Positions 7,889 through 18,195 of a DNA stretch of 64,000 nucleotides are shown here, piece by piece. Position numbers and translations under genes: made by a program. Under the pieces are notes generated by a model. That model was not told the DNA's origin and ran no database searches. It was given only the letters and a program-made list of their open reading frames with translations. Numbering within the stretch: the first letter of the stretch is position 1; every line of letters starts with the position of its first letter. The stretch is from assembly GCA_002937505.1 (NCBI GenBank), contig PTJY01000004.1:125186-189185 (forward strand), read 5' to 3'. The stretch is from Alphaproteobacteria bacterium MarineAlpha12_Bin1. Lineage in GTDB: Bacteria > Pseudomonadota > Alphaproteobacteria > UBA6615.

Positions 7889-10204
7889 ATGCAATTTGGT
7901 ATAGGACAACCAGTAAAGAGAAAAGAAGACCCTAAATTTCTACGGGGATTAGGTCGGTATGTGTCAGACATGACATTACCGAGGCAGAGCTACGCTGTTT
8001 TTGTTTACTCTAATTATGCGCATGCTGATATCAAATCTATAGACACTTCTAAAGCAATAAACTCGCCAGGAGTAATTTCTATTTTAACTGGACTTGAGTA
8101 TGTTGAGGATGAAATGGGGCCTACTGGAGGGGTTATGCCTGAGGACATGGGGGGACCCCCAGGATACCGTACTTCTCATATGCCGCTAGCTGTTGAAAGA
8201 GTCAGATTTGTCGGTGAAAGAGTTGCTGTCATAATAGCTGAAACTGAAGAGCAAGCGCGCGATGCTGTTGATCTTATTGAAATAGACTACTCTGAATTAC
8301 CAGCTGTGATTATGGCCAGTGATGCGATAAGAGACAATGCTCCTCAAGTTTATAAGGAGGCTGATAGCAATGTAAGCTTTACACTTCAATCAGGAAGCTC
8401 TGATGACGTGGAAGCCGCTTTTGCACAAGCTGATCACATAACGAAACTATCTCTTCATAATAACCGTATTGATGCTGTCACAATGGAACCTAGAGGCTGT
8501 TTGGGAGACTTTGATGCTAGCAATGGTCGTCTTAATTTTTATACAAGCACTCAAAACGTTCATGGAATAAGGCAAGGTCTTGCAAGCCAAAATCTAAATG
8601 TTCCTGAAAGCATGATACGAGTGATTGCTGGTGATGTAGGAGGTGGTTTTGGAATGAAAGGTCATGTGTATCCCGAGGAGGCAGTTGTTGCGTGGGCCTG
8701 TAAGAGGCTAGGAAGGCCAGTTAAATGGATAGCAACACGTAGTGAATCTCTATTGGGAAACGGTCATGGACGTGATCAATCAGTTGATGCTGAGCTAGCG
8801 CTTAATAAAAATGGAAAGTTTATTGGGTTACGATGGAGAGGTCTCCACAATGTGGGAGCCTATATTGAAGGCGCTGGGGCCATTCCTCCTGTCTTTGCAG
8901 TTAAGTTAGCACCTACTGTATATGATATTCCGGCTGTTGATGTGATTAATAAGGCTGTTTTTACTAATACTTCCCCGACGGTGCCATATAGAGGAGCCGG
9001 AAGACCTGAAGCAGTTTATATTATGGAAAGATTAATTGATCTGGCTGCCCAAGAAACTGAGATGGATAGAGCTGAAATAAGAAAAATTAACTTTATAAAA
9101 CCAGATGACATGCCACACAGCACTATTACTGGTTGGACATATGATACAGGTGAATATTCCGTAGCTTTGGAAAAGTGTAGAGAGCTTTCTGATTGGGATG
9201 GATACGAAGATCGAGTGATGATCTCTAAAGAGAGGGGTCTGTATAGAGGTCGTGGTATTGTCTATTACGTAGATAATACAGGAATATTTAATGAAAGAAT
9301 GGAAATACGATTTGATCCTAGTGGTACGATTACCATTGTGTCTGGTGTTTTATCTCATGGACAAGGCCACGAAACTACTTTTGCTCAAATGGTATCCGAG
9401 TGGTTAAATGTTCCGTTTGAAAATATTCGTCTTACTCAGGCAGATACTGATGAAGTTCCTATAGGCCGAGGTACCTATGCCTCTCGTTCAATGATGGTTG
9501 GTGGTAGCGCTCTTCAGGCCGCAGCAAATGATGTAATAGAGAAGGGTAAAAAGTTTGCTGCACATTTTATGGAAGCCAATGTTACAGACATTGAGTTTTC
9601 TGAAGGAAATTTCATCATAACTGGAACTGACAAACAGATGCCTCTCACTGAAATCGCAAAGATGTCCTTTATGCCGGTGCACTTACCAAGTGAAGAACTT
9701 GGAGTGGGTCTTCAGGGAGTGGGAGCTTTTTCTGCCGATGTGCCAAGTTTTCCAAATGGTTGTCATATAGCTGAAGTGGAAGTTGATTCAGAAACCGGTG
9801 AAGTAATAATTGATAGATATAGTGTTGTTGACGATATTGGTACGGTCATTAACCCATTACTGGCTAGCGCACAAATTCACGGAGGAGTTGTCCAAGGGGT
9901 AGGACAGGCTTTAATGGAAGATCTTTATTATGATCGACAGAATGGACAGTTACTTTCAGGGTCGTTTATGGATTATGGAATGCCTCGAGCTGATATGATG
10001 CCAGATATAAAAGTAGAGTTTAATCCCGTGCGGAGTAAATCGAACCCTATTGGGGCTAAAGGTGTTGGAGAAGGGGGTACTGTGGCTAGTACTCCTACGG
10101 TTGTGAACGCAATACTTGATGCAATTAAGGCTTTAGGGGTCAACAAGATAGATACACCTGTAACTCCTCGAAGAATTTGGGAAGCGATTAACTCAGCTAG
10201 TTAA
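7889..10204 (+). CDS. Xanthine dehydrogenase family molybdopterin-binding large subunit (form II CoxL-like, AYRGAGR-type)
   Basis: ~770 aa. N-terminal IGQPVKRKEDPKFLRGLGRYVSD. Active-site loop VPYRGAGRPE (form II CODH-like / aldehyde-oxidoreductase large-subunit signature). C-terminal GAKGVGEGG. GGGAG RBS 7 nt before ATG 7889. Confidence 0.85.
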   Translation: MQFGIGQPVKRKEDPKFLRGLGRYVSDMTLPRQSYAVFVYSNYAHADIKSIDTSKAINSPGVISILTGLEYVEDEMGPTGGVMPEDMGGPPGYRTSHMPLAVERVRFVGERVAVIIAETEEQARDAVDLIEIDYSELPAVIMASDAIRDNAPQVYKEADSNVSFTLQSGSSDDVEAAFAQADHITKLSLHNNRIDAVTMEPRGCLGDFDASNGRLNFYTSTQNVHGIRQGLASQNLNVPESMIRVIAGDVGGGFGMKGHVYPEEAVVAWACKRLGRPVKWIATRSESLLGNGHGRDQSVDAELALNKNGKFIGLRWRGLHNVGAYIEGAGAIPPVFAVKLAPTVYDIPAVDVINKAVFTNTSPTVPYRGAGRPEAVYIMERLIDLAAQETEMDRAEIRKINFIKPDDMPHSTITGWTYDTGEYSVALEKCRELSDWDGYEDRVMISKERGLYRGRGIVYYVDNTGIFNERMEIRFDPSGTITIVSGVLSHGQGHETTFAQMVSEWLNVPFENIRLTQADTDEVPIGRGTYASRSMMVGGSALQAAANDVIEKGKKFAAHFMEANVTDIEFSEGNFIITGTDKQMPLTEIAKMSFMPVHLPSEELGVGLQGVGAFSADVPSFPNGCHIAEVEVDSETGEVIIDRYSVVDDIGTVINPLLASAQIHGGVVQGVGQALMEDLYYDRQNGQLLSGSFMDYGMPRADMMPDIKVEFNPVRSKSNPIGAKGVGEGGTVASTPTVVNAILDAIKALGVNKIDTPVTPRRIWEAINSAS

Positions 10205-11073
10205 TAAAACACAACTGTTCTATCTTTGTGTGTGATAACACGATGTTGAATGTGGTAACGTACAGCTCTTGCTAAAACTAAACTTTCCAAATCCCTTCCC
10301 ACACGCTCTAATTCTTGTGGGTGCTGTGCATGAGTTACTCTTGTGGTTTCTTGATCGATAATCGGACCCTCATCAAGGTTAGGTGTAACGTAGTGGGCTG
10401 TTGCCCCAATAAGTTTCACTCCTCTAATGTATGCCTGATCGTAGGGCTTTGCCCCTTTGAACCCGGGTAAGAAGGAATGATGAATGTTTATAATTCGACC
10501 TTTGAGAATTTCACAAGTTTCCGGGGTTAATATCTGCATATATCTTGCTAGCACCGTTAATTCAGCGTCCGTTTGTTCTATAATTTTTAATACCTCTGTT
10601 TCTTGTTGTGTTTTTGTTTGAGGTGTAATCGGTAAATAGTGATAGGGTATGTCATAGAAAACAGCACGTGGTTTCTGGTCTAGGTGATTAGAAATGATAC
10701 CTACGACATCAATTTCTAAAGCCCCAATACTAACTCTATAGAGAAGATCATTTAAGCAATGTCCTGGCTTAGAAACCATTATTAATACACGTGGCTTGTG
10801 ACATTGATTATACAGCTTCCAGGCCATAGCAAACCTTTGTGCAATTGGGTTAAATGAACTTTTGATGTTTGTTTCAGAAGGAGTGGTTTCTCCTGCTCCA
10901 AATACAGTGCGCATAAAAAATTGCCCTGATATTTCGTCATCAAACTGTGCCGATTCTAAAATATTACAACCCTGCTGGGCTAGAAAACTGGCTACTTCTG
11001 CAACGATTCCCATTTGGTCGGGACAAGATAGATTTAGTATATAACGTCTATCAAACTCTTGACGTTTTGGCAT
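10201..11073 (-). CDS. purU: Formyltetrahydrofolate deformylase
   Basis: N-terminal ACT domain (LNLSCPDQMGIVAEVASFLAQQGCNI) plus formyltransferase domain with the HHSFLP motif. GAGG RBS before ATG 11073. Confidence 0.8.
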   Translation of the reverse strand: MPKRQEFDRRYILNLSCPDQMGIVAEVASFLAQQGCNILESAQFDDEISGQFFMRTVFGAGETTPSETNIKSSFNPIAQRFAMAWKLYNQCHKPRVLIMVSKPGHCLNDLLYRVSIGALEIDVVGIISNHLDQKPRAVFYDIPYHYLPITPQTKTQQETEVLKIIEQTDAELTVLARYMQILTPETCEILKGRIINIHHSFLPGFKGAKPYDQAYIRGVKLIGATAHYVTPNLDEGPIIDQETTRVTHAQHPQELERVGRDLESLVLARAVRYHIQHRVITHKDRTVVFY

Positions 11074-11202
11074 GATTCCTCTCAAAAGATTTTGTTTTGA
11101 TATATTTTCAATATGTATATTTAAGTATGTTTGAATATAATTTATATTCTTAAATTAAAATTTTTTTGACGTATAATTTGAATTTATAAAAGGATAAAGG
11201 AC

Positions 11203-12411
11203 ATGGCTAAACCTCAGTTGCGACAGGAGCAAGGGTGGATATTTGATAATTTTCTTATGCTTTCAGAAAACGAAGATATTCTTCATCCAGGTATTATGGG
11301 AACGCGTCTTGTTAGGGGGTTTATGCTTGAAGATTTGCACGCAGTCTACAAAAAGGTTACAGGAAGAAGATCTTTTCCGAAGGCCTGGTTTAAACGGGCA
11401 AGTGCATTAGAGTCTGCTGCCAAAGCAGCTGAAGACAGTGGGCAGCTTATTACCGCTAGAAAATTATATCATAGAGCTTCTCTGTGTTTTGGTCGCGCTC
11501 AACACCTTATACCCGTTCATGGAAATGAGGAAATGAATAAGGCGTATAAATTATTATATAAATGTTATGACAAAGTAATTGAGCTATCTAATGGGTGTAT
11601 GATCAAAAATTCTCTAGAATTTTTGCCAGGTGAATATGTTCATTGTGTTTTTCATAAGGCTCCTGGTGAAGGTCCTAAGCCAACAATACTTATTATTCCA
11701 GGTATGGATGCTATTAAGGAAGACGTTGTTAATCCTTTTTCAAATGATTACCTCGATCGTGGTATAAATGTTTGTGCGTTAGATGGCCCAGGTCAGGGAG
11801 AATGTAATTATAACGCTGTTTGGCTAACCCAAGATAACTATCAGATAGCTGCTTCAAGAGTTATTGATATGCTTGTTACACGTGAAGACGTAGACGCTGA
11901 TAAAATTGGCGTTATGGGAATGAGCATGGGATCCCGATGGGGAGTGCAAGTGGGTGCACATGATGAACGTGTTAAAGCTGTATGTGGTCAGATGGCAAAT
12001 GTTGGGTCGTTTGATATAATTTTTGAACAAGCGCAGCCGAACTTTAAGCGTATTTTTATGTATATGACGGGTTACACCGACGAGGATGAGTTTGATGAGT
12101 TTATGCTCAAGATGGATTACTTGCCCGATGTTGCGAAGAGGCTTCGCGTGCCACACTTACTTGTTGCTGGTGATATGGATGAATTATGTACGCCAGCGGA
12201 TATTAAAGTCTTCAGGGAAAGTTTGGCAGGGCCGTCAGAATTATGGCTCTATGAGGGTGTTTTTCATCCTATGGGAGAAGTAGCGGGAGAAATATACCCA
12301 GCAATGTCTGATTGGCTTTTAAGCACTTTAAATAGCGGCAGGCCTAATGACTATGAAAAAACAGTTTATGTTGAAGAAGGCAGAAACTTAGGTGACTACG
12401 ATCATGGCTAA
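11203..12411 (+). CDS. Alpha/beta hydrolase fold protein (dienelactone hydrolase / S9-peptidase-like)
   Basis: Nucleophile elbow GMSMGS and C-terminal His region (VFHPMGE). N-terminal ~150 aa cap. AAAGGA RBS. Confidence 0.55.
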   Translation: MAKPQLRQEQGWIFDNFLMLSENEDILHPGIMGTRLVRGFMLEDLHAVYKKVTGRRSFPKAWFKRASALESAAKAAEDSGQLITARKLYHRASLCFGRAQHLIPVHGNEEMNKAYKLLYKCYDKVIELSNGCMIKNSLEFLPGEYVHCVFHKAPGEGPKPTILIIPGMDAIKEDVVNPFSNDYLDRGINVCALDGPGQGECNYNAVWLTQDNYQIAASRVIDMLVTREDVDADKIGVMGMSMGSRWGVQVGAHDERVKAVCGQMANVGSFDIIFEQAQPNFKRIFMYMTGYTDEDEFDEFMLKMDYLPDVAKRLRVPHLLVAGDMDELCTPADIKVFRESLAGPSELWLYEGVFHPMGEVAGEIYPAMSDWLLSTLNSGRPNDYEKTVYVEEGRNLGDYDHG

Positions 12412-12445
12412 AAATAATTTTTTACAGAGGTTTCTGTATTAATAT

Positions 12446-13444
12446 CTACTCAGCTGCATTCTTGGTAAGCGCTAACCTTGCTTTTTCAGGAAGTCCCGTA
12501 GCTTCTATTTCTTGTATGAACGTAGATTTAGCTTCCTCATCCATTTCTAATACTGGTGGACGTACTGTCCCCCCGTCCATCAATATGCATTCCTGCCAAT
12601 ATTTCATTTCAGACATTGGCATTCGTCCCTTGCGCCAGTAACCTTGTATCCATTTTGAGTGTAATCCTCTAATGGGGTTTAGTGATGCTGCAAGTTTTGT
12701 TGCTTGCTCAATTTCTCCGTTCTGGGCGAGCCTTGTATACTCATTAATTGGTAAGTAACCTGGCACCTGATATAAATGAGGGTTGTAATTGATAAGCCAT
12801 TGATGGCCAAGTTGCGTCATGTTATGCAACCACGGTGCTTCATCAGCAACAGAAATTACTACATCTTTACCCACGCTCGCTTCTAGAGCTATAGTAGAAG
12901 CTGGTGCGGGGTCTGCTTGTTTTATTGCAACTATGTTGGGCAAAGATATAAGCCGTTTGGCTAGACTCGGACTTATTGGATGGCAATTGGAAGGGACATT
13001 AAATAGTACAATCCCTATTTCAGTCCGCTCACATATGTACTCGTAAAAGGAGTAAACTGAATCATCATTACCTGCTGCTACATAAGGTGTTAAAATTATT
13101 ACGAAATCAAAACCAATGTCCCAAGCATGATTAGCTAGCATTGTAGCATCTTTGACAGATTGATGATGACATCCTGCTATTTGTGGTATTCGACCATTCG
13201 CTGCAGCGATCATTACCTCATGAGCGTGTTTTCTTTCGTCATTTGGCATTGACCAAAACTCAGCAATATTACCTGAACAATAATGCCCATCGATTTCAAG
13301 TTTTGTTATGATGTGATCCATATTACGGCAGTTTGCCCTATCGTCGAACTCATCTGTCTCATTCCAACAATATGGCATTGCTGTCCAAACGCCACGTAAT
13401 ATCTCTTTGGCGGCATCCTTGGCTTCATTTTTGTTATATTTCAT
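12446..13444 (-). CDS. DapA/NAL (class I aldolase, dihydrodipicolinate synthase) family protein
   Basis: DapA-family blocks: GVWTAMP, GRIPQIAG, FDFVIILTPYV, IVLFNVP, Schiff-base Lys in PNIVAIKQA. AAAGGAGAAA RBS. Confidence 0.55.
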   Translation of the reverse strand: MKYNKNEAKDAAKEILRGVWTAMPYCWNETDEFDDRANCRNMDHIITKLEIDGHYCSGNIAEFWSMPNDERKHAHEVMIAAANGRIPQIAGCHHQSVKDATMLANHAWDIGFDFVIILTPYVAAGNDDSVYSFYEYICERTEIGIVLFNVPSNCHPISPSLAKRLISLPNIVAIKQADPAPASTIALEASVGKDVVISVADEAPWLHNMTQLGHQWLINYNPHLYQVPGYLPINEYTRLAQNGEIEQATKLAASLNPIRGLHSKWIQGYWRKGRMPMSEMKYWQECILMDGGTVRPPVLEMDEEAKSTFIQEIEATGLPEKARLALTKNAAE

Positions 13445-13494
13445 GCCGTTTCTCCTTTATATAACTAACAATATCTGTGCTGTTATATATTGCA

Positions 13495-13893
13495 TTAGTC
13501 TGATTTCATATTTGCCATTGCAACTTGCAGCTCCTCAGCAGTATCAGCCTTATTATAGTCCTGACTGTGCCGTCCATCACCTGCAGGACTTTTTACTGAC
13601 CAAAATAAGCAGTGACCGTCCACTGGCAAAATTCCGTGTCTAATATTTCTAGGAATGTGCACAACATCGCCTGCCTCTATAGTGGTTATATCTTCGCCAA
13701 GTACCATACGTAATTTTCCTTCTAGGAGATAGATGAACTGTTCCTCATTTGGATGAAAATGAGGGGGAGGAGCTATCCCTTCTTCATAATGAACAAGAGC
13801 TGCTTTCATGAACTCTCCCACAAAACTCTTCATTAAGGCTGGCGCAGTATCATCAGGCTTAAATTCAATATCAGAGAGCTTGTGATGTGGCAT
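13495..13893 (-). CDS. Cupin domain protein
   Basis: Cupin motifs (HFHPNEEQFIYLLEG ... GDVVHIPRNIRH). Appears co-transcribed with the upstream DapA-family gene. Confidence 0.6.
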   Translation of the reverse strand: MPHHKLSDIEFKPDDTAPALMKSFVGEFMKAALVHYEEGIAPPPHFHPNEEQFIYLLEGKLRMVLGEDITTIEAGDVVHIPRNIRHGILPVDGHCLFWSVKSPAGDGRHSQDYNKADTAEELQVAMANMKSD

Positions 13894-14155
13894 TTTAATA
13901 TCCTTTTAAATTACAAAAAGTGTGCTTTCTTAATTTAACCGTATATTAGAGTTCCTAAATAAAATTCATAATAACCACTAGTTTAAACATTTTTTTCCTA
14001 AAAAAAACTTATTAATTCACATTCGGTAGAGTTAAATTTGTTTTTTGAATAATTGTAGAATATTATGAATATCATTATTGATTAGTAAAAGTTTGCTCAA
14101 TTTTATTAATTATAGTTGATTGTATTAGAATACCACACTTTGGGACATTTAGATA

Positions 14156-15115
14156 ATGGCTAGATTTCGTGATTACACACCTCAAGGGGTAATTCCAGCA
14201 GCTATATTAGCATTTGATGATGACTTCGGAATCAATAAATCAGAAACTCGACGTCACTTTCTGTATCTGTCTAACGTAGAGGGAATATCTGCAATAACAG
14301 TTAACGGCCATTCTTCCGAAGTACACGCATGTAGTCATGAAGAGCAATCATTAATACTCAACCTTGCCAGTGAAACGGTTGGTGATAATATTCCACTTAT
14401 CAATGGGATATATGCCGATGGAAGTATTGAAGCTGCTCGATTGGCTAAAAGGGCTGATGATCTAGGTGCCTCTGCGCTTCTTTGCTTTCCGCCTCATTCA
14501 ATGAGGATGGGTGGAGTGCAGCATCGTCCAGAAATGGCATTGACGCATTTTAAATGTATTGCTGATGCCACCGATCTTCCATTAATCGTTTTTCAATATG
14601 GGGATGAACTGGCATACTCATTAGATACCTTGGTTGAGCTTACTGAAGAAGTTCCAAGCATAGCTGCTGTTAAAGATTGGTCGGTGCCACAAAAACACGA
14701 AACCCACATAAGGGTTTTACAATCACTACCGCGACCGGTAAATGTTTTGTCAACAAATTCAGCGTGGTTAATGTCTTCTTTGGTTATGGGCGCAAATGGA
14801 TTGTTGTCTGGTGCGGGATCAGTAATCGCAGATCTTCACGTTAAGCTATATAGAGCTGTTCAATCTAATGATTTAGAAACAGCAAAAAGAATATCTGATT
14901 CTATTTGGCATACTACAGGCGTCTTTTACAGAGACCCTTTTGGAGACATGCATAATCGAATGAAAGAAGCACTTGTTCTTTTGGGACGACAGAATAAGGC
15001 AATCGTTCGTCCGCCTTTGGTAAAACTTAAACAAACTGAAATAGCAATGATTGCGGAAGCGCTTGATGCCGCAGGCCTTTCATCTGATGGGACCTCTAGG
15101 GCTGCTGCTGAATAA
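14156..15115 (+). CDS. DapA/NAL (class I aldolase) family protein
   Basis: DapA-family blocks including Schiff-base lysine (SIAAVKDWS), LIVFQYG, GASALLCFPP. Confidence 0.65.
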   Translation: MARFRDYTPQGVIPAAILAFDDDFGINKSETRRHFLYLSNVEGISAITVNGHSSEVHACSHEEQSLILNLASETVGDNIPLINGIYADGSIEAARLAKRADDLGASALLCFPPHSMRMGGVQHRPEMALTHFKCIADATDLPLIVFQYGDELAYSLDTLVELTEEVPSIAAVKDWSVPQKHETHIRVLQSLPRPVNVLSTNSAWLMSSLVMGANGLLSGAGSVIADLHVKLYRAVQSNDLETAKRISDSIWHTTGVFYRDPFGDMHNRMKEALVLLGRQNKAIVRPPLVKLKQTEIAMIAEALDAAGLSSDGTSRAAAE

Positions 15116-15263
15116 ATAATTCACTCAAGTTCTGAGGATTAGATTAATTATTATTTTGTGGATTTGTTTTTATTAAGTTATTAAGCACGTATATATCGTC
15201 TAAGTTTATTTAATAGAGAAGCTACTTTTAGAATCAAATTGTATGAATTAAGAGGTAAGAATA

Positions 15264-15593
15264 ATGACTACTGCTGTTGCTAAATCCTACACGCCATTGT
15301 CACAGGATCGAACTGCTCCTGAACATATAGTGCTTCACGAAGATGAATATTCTAGGATGATTTATTATGTTATCCAGCCGGGAGAGCAGACTGGATGGCA
15401 TACACATGAGTTGGATTACACAGTAATCCGGATCTCAAAGGGAACACTTACTTCTCATTTTGCTGATGGTACTAGCGCAGACTTTAATTATGAGCCAGGA
15501 ACAACTTCCTCGTATAAAGCTCCGGTCGAACATAACGCTATTAATACGGGCGATACCCCAATAATAGGATACGAAATAGAGTTCAAAAGCTAA
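15264..15593 (+). CDS. Small cupin-fold protein
   Basis: 109 aa, His-containing beta-barrel motif (GWHTHELDYTVIRISKG). AAGAGGTAAG RBS. Confidence 0.5.
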   Translation: MTTAVAKSYTPLSQDRTAPEHIVLHEDEYSRMIYYVIQPGEQTGWHTHELDYTVIRISKGTLTSHFADGTSADFNYEPGTTSSYKAPVEHNAINTGDTPIIGYEIEFKS

Positions 15594-16985
15594 TTATTTA
15601 GGTAGATCGTTTCCAATATCCCAGAAAAGACCTGTCATAATTTGTAATCCTTCCCGTGCTATAGAGGATAGCATATGTTCATTTGGAGCATGCTGTGAAC
15701 AACCAGGGTAAGAGTGGGGTATCCAGATTGTAGAGAGATTTAAAGTGTTCATAAATACATCATTTGGAATACTTCCTCCTATATTGGGAACCACAGCAGC
15801 AGGTTTTCCTAAAGTTTTTTGAATTGAGTAATTAGTTAATTTAGCCCAATAATTGTTGTGATCGAGTCGTGTAGCTTTCATGCTTGACATGCGAGAAGGC
15901 CTCACCTTTATGTCTTTGTAACCTTTTTCAATGAGATGCTTTTTTAAGGAAGGTAAGATATCATCTGGATTGGTTCCTACAACGTACCTAAGTTGACATA
16001 TTGCTCTAGCTGACGGGGCTATAGCATTTTGAGTTCTCTCGATATCACCTAAATCCATTGCTAACACTGAAAAACTATTCCAGCCAAAAACTCTCTCCTC
16101 TGGGGATAAATCTATTTCACCCCAATTTTCATCTATAGGTGGAGAGTTTGATCCTCCAGAGATTTTGAGTTTTTTGATAATATCTCTTATTTCATTATTC
16201 AAAGAATTAGGTTTCCATGAGGGAATCATTATTTGCCCTCTCTGGTCGACTATCGAAGAGATAGCATTAGACAGAATGATTCCAGGGTCACTTATTAATC
16301 CTCCCCAATTGCCAGAATGATGTGAACCCTTCCTTAAGTGTAGACTCATTTCAAAGTTTATTAGTCCTCGAGACCCTAATACTATTGTTGCTTTGTCTGG
16401 ATCCACTCGAGGTCCGTCAGAGGCTATAAGGACATCTGCAGATAAATCGTCGCTTCTGCTTGCACAGAAATCATACAAGCCTCTTGATCCCATTTCTTCA
16501 TCACTTTCAATTAAAATTTTGCAGTTGAATCCTAGATTTCCCGTTTCCTTTATTACGTGTTGTAGAGAAGATATGATTATCCAATGTTGTCCTTTGTTAT
16601 CTGCTGTTCCTCTTCCAAATATTTTGTCTTCCTTAATTGTTAGATTCCAGGGGTCTAAGCCTCTATCCCATTCGTCCTCTTGACCGACAACAACATCTGA
16701 GTGTCCATAGATAAGGATTGTGGGTAAATCTTTATTTTCTATTCTTTCTGCAATTAAAAGTGGGCCTGCTTTAGGATTAGGGTTATCTGATATTTCTGTT
16801 TTAAAACCATATTTATTTAGTGATGGAGTAAGATGATTTAAAAAGTAGTTATTTAATGTTTCTAATGAATTATCTATTTGGCTCTCTGTTTTTGATTCTA
16901 TTAAAAGGTTTAAATCTTTTATAAACTCACCATCATCGAAATATTTCTCGATTGATTTAATTATCTTGTTTCGATCATTGGACAT
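15594..16985 (-). CDS. M20 family metallopeptidase (dipeptidase/carboxypeptidase G2-like)
   Basis: M20 metal-binding blocks (ILIYGHSDVV, GRGTADNKG, ESDEEMGS) and a dimerisation-domain-sized insert. Confidence 0.75.
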   Translation of the reverse strand: MSNDRNKIIKSIEKYFDDGEFIKDLNLLIESKTESQIDNSLETLNNYFLNHLTPSLNKYGFKTEISDNPNPKAGPLLIAERIENKDLPTILIYGHSDVVVGQEDEWDRGLDPWNLTIKEDKIFGRGTADNKGQHWIIISSLQHVIKETGNLGFNCKILIESDEEMGSRGLYDFCASRSDDLSADVLIASDGPRVDPDKATIVLGSRGLINFEMSLHLRKGSHHSGNWGGLISDPGIILSNAISSIVDQRGQIMIPSWKPNSLNNEIRDIIKKLKISGGSNSPPIDENWGEIDLSPEERVFGWNSFSVLAMDLGDIERTQNAIAPSARAICQLRYVVGTNPDDILPSLKKHLIEKGYKDIKVRPSRMSSMKATRLDHNNYWAKLTNYSIQKTLGKPAAVVPNIGGSIPNDVFMNTLNLSTIWIPHSYPGCSQHAPNEHMLSSIAREGLQIMTGLFWDIGNDLPK

Positions 16986-17050
16986 ATTTATATCTTACCG
17001 TGCATATCTATATAATACCTATTTGTTTATCATAATTAAGGTCTGAAGGA

Positions 17051-18184
17051 ATGAAAATATTAGTTGTTGGAGGAGGTCCATCAGGTCTTTATTTCTCTTA
17101 TCTTATAAAGAGGTCGCACCCAGGTATAGAAGTAAAGGTTGTTGAACAGAACCCTAGTAATGCCACTTTTGGATTTGGAGTAGTATTTTCTGACAAAGCG
17201 CTAGAATTTTTACACAGTGATGATGAACAAACTTATAATTATTTAATGCCTCATATGAGATATTGGCCAGACTTAAAGATTGTTCATAAAGATGAACATA
17301 TGGCAATCGATGGTAATGGTTTTGCTGCAATTGGACGCTTGCAATTACTAAACTTACTTCAGTCACTTTGTTTGCAGACTGGTGTTTTGTTCGACTTTAA
17401 TACAGAGTTTAAAGACATAAAAAACGATTATAACTATGATTATATTGTAGCTGCCGATGGAGCAAACTCTTCCATTAGAAAAAATTACAAAGAGGAGTTT
17501 AGGTCATCAGAAACAATACTAAAAAACCCATTTATTTGGTTTGGTACAACGAAGTTATTTGATTGTTTGAGCCTTACTTTTAGATTAAATAATGACGGTG
17601 TTTTTTGTGCTCACCATTATCCCTATAATTCTCATATGAGTACATTTATAGTTGAGACAGACCCAAAAACATATGAAAAAGCAGGTTTTTCAGCTAAAGA
17701 TGAACGTTCTATTAAAGCCTATTGTGAAGAAGTATTTGCTATTGATTTGGACGGGCATGAGTTATTAACGAATAAATCAGTTTGGCGTTGGTTCCCTCAG
17801 GTGTGGAATGAGCGGTGGAGTCATGAAAATATCGTTCTAATCGGAGACGCTTTGCACACAGCTCATTTTTCAATTGGATCCGGAACACGTCTTGCAATGG
17901 AGGATGCTATTTGTCTATTTGAGGCGATAAACGAACATCTAAGTGACAAAACAGCTGCCTTGAATCAGTTTGAAGTTAAACGTCGTCCAAAGTTAGAAAA
18001 ACTAATAGATGCTTCAATTGCAAGCGCTCTGTGGTATGAGAAAATGGATGAGCTGGTTAGAAGTCTTGAGCCTTATGAATTTGCAAAAAGCTACATGATA
18101 AGAACCGGCAGGGTAAGCGATGAGAAATTAAAATCAATAGCTCCAAATTTTATGAAGAGGTATTCGTATTATCATGCTAGCTAG
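17051..18184 (+). CDS. Class A FAD-dependent monooxygenase (aromatic hydroxylase-like)
   Basis: GxGxxG FAD motif (VVGGGPSGL), DG motif (AADGANSSIRK), GD motif (GDALHTAHFSIGSGTRLAMEDA). GAAGGA RBS. Confidence 0.7.
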   Translation: MKILVVGGGPSGLYFSYLIKRSHPGIEVKVVEQNPSNATFGFGVVFSDKALEFLHSDDEQTYNYLMPHMRYWPDLKIVHKDEHMAIDGNGFAAIGRLQLLNLLQSLCLQTGVLFDFNTEFKDIKNDYNYDYIVAADGANSSIRKNYKEEFRSSETILKNPFIWFGTTKLFDCLSLTFRLNNDGVFCAHHYPYNSHMSTFIVETDPKTYEKAGFSAKDERSIKAYCEEVFAIDLDGHELLTNKSVWRWFPQVWNERWSHENIVLIGDALHTAHFSIGSGTRLAMEDAICLFEAINEHLSDKTAALNQFEVKRRPKLEKLIDASIASALWYEKMDELVRSLEPYEFAKSYMIRTGRVSDEKLKSIAPNFMKRYSYYHAS

Positions 18185-18195
18185 GAAACTTAATT

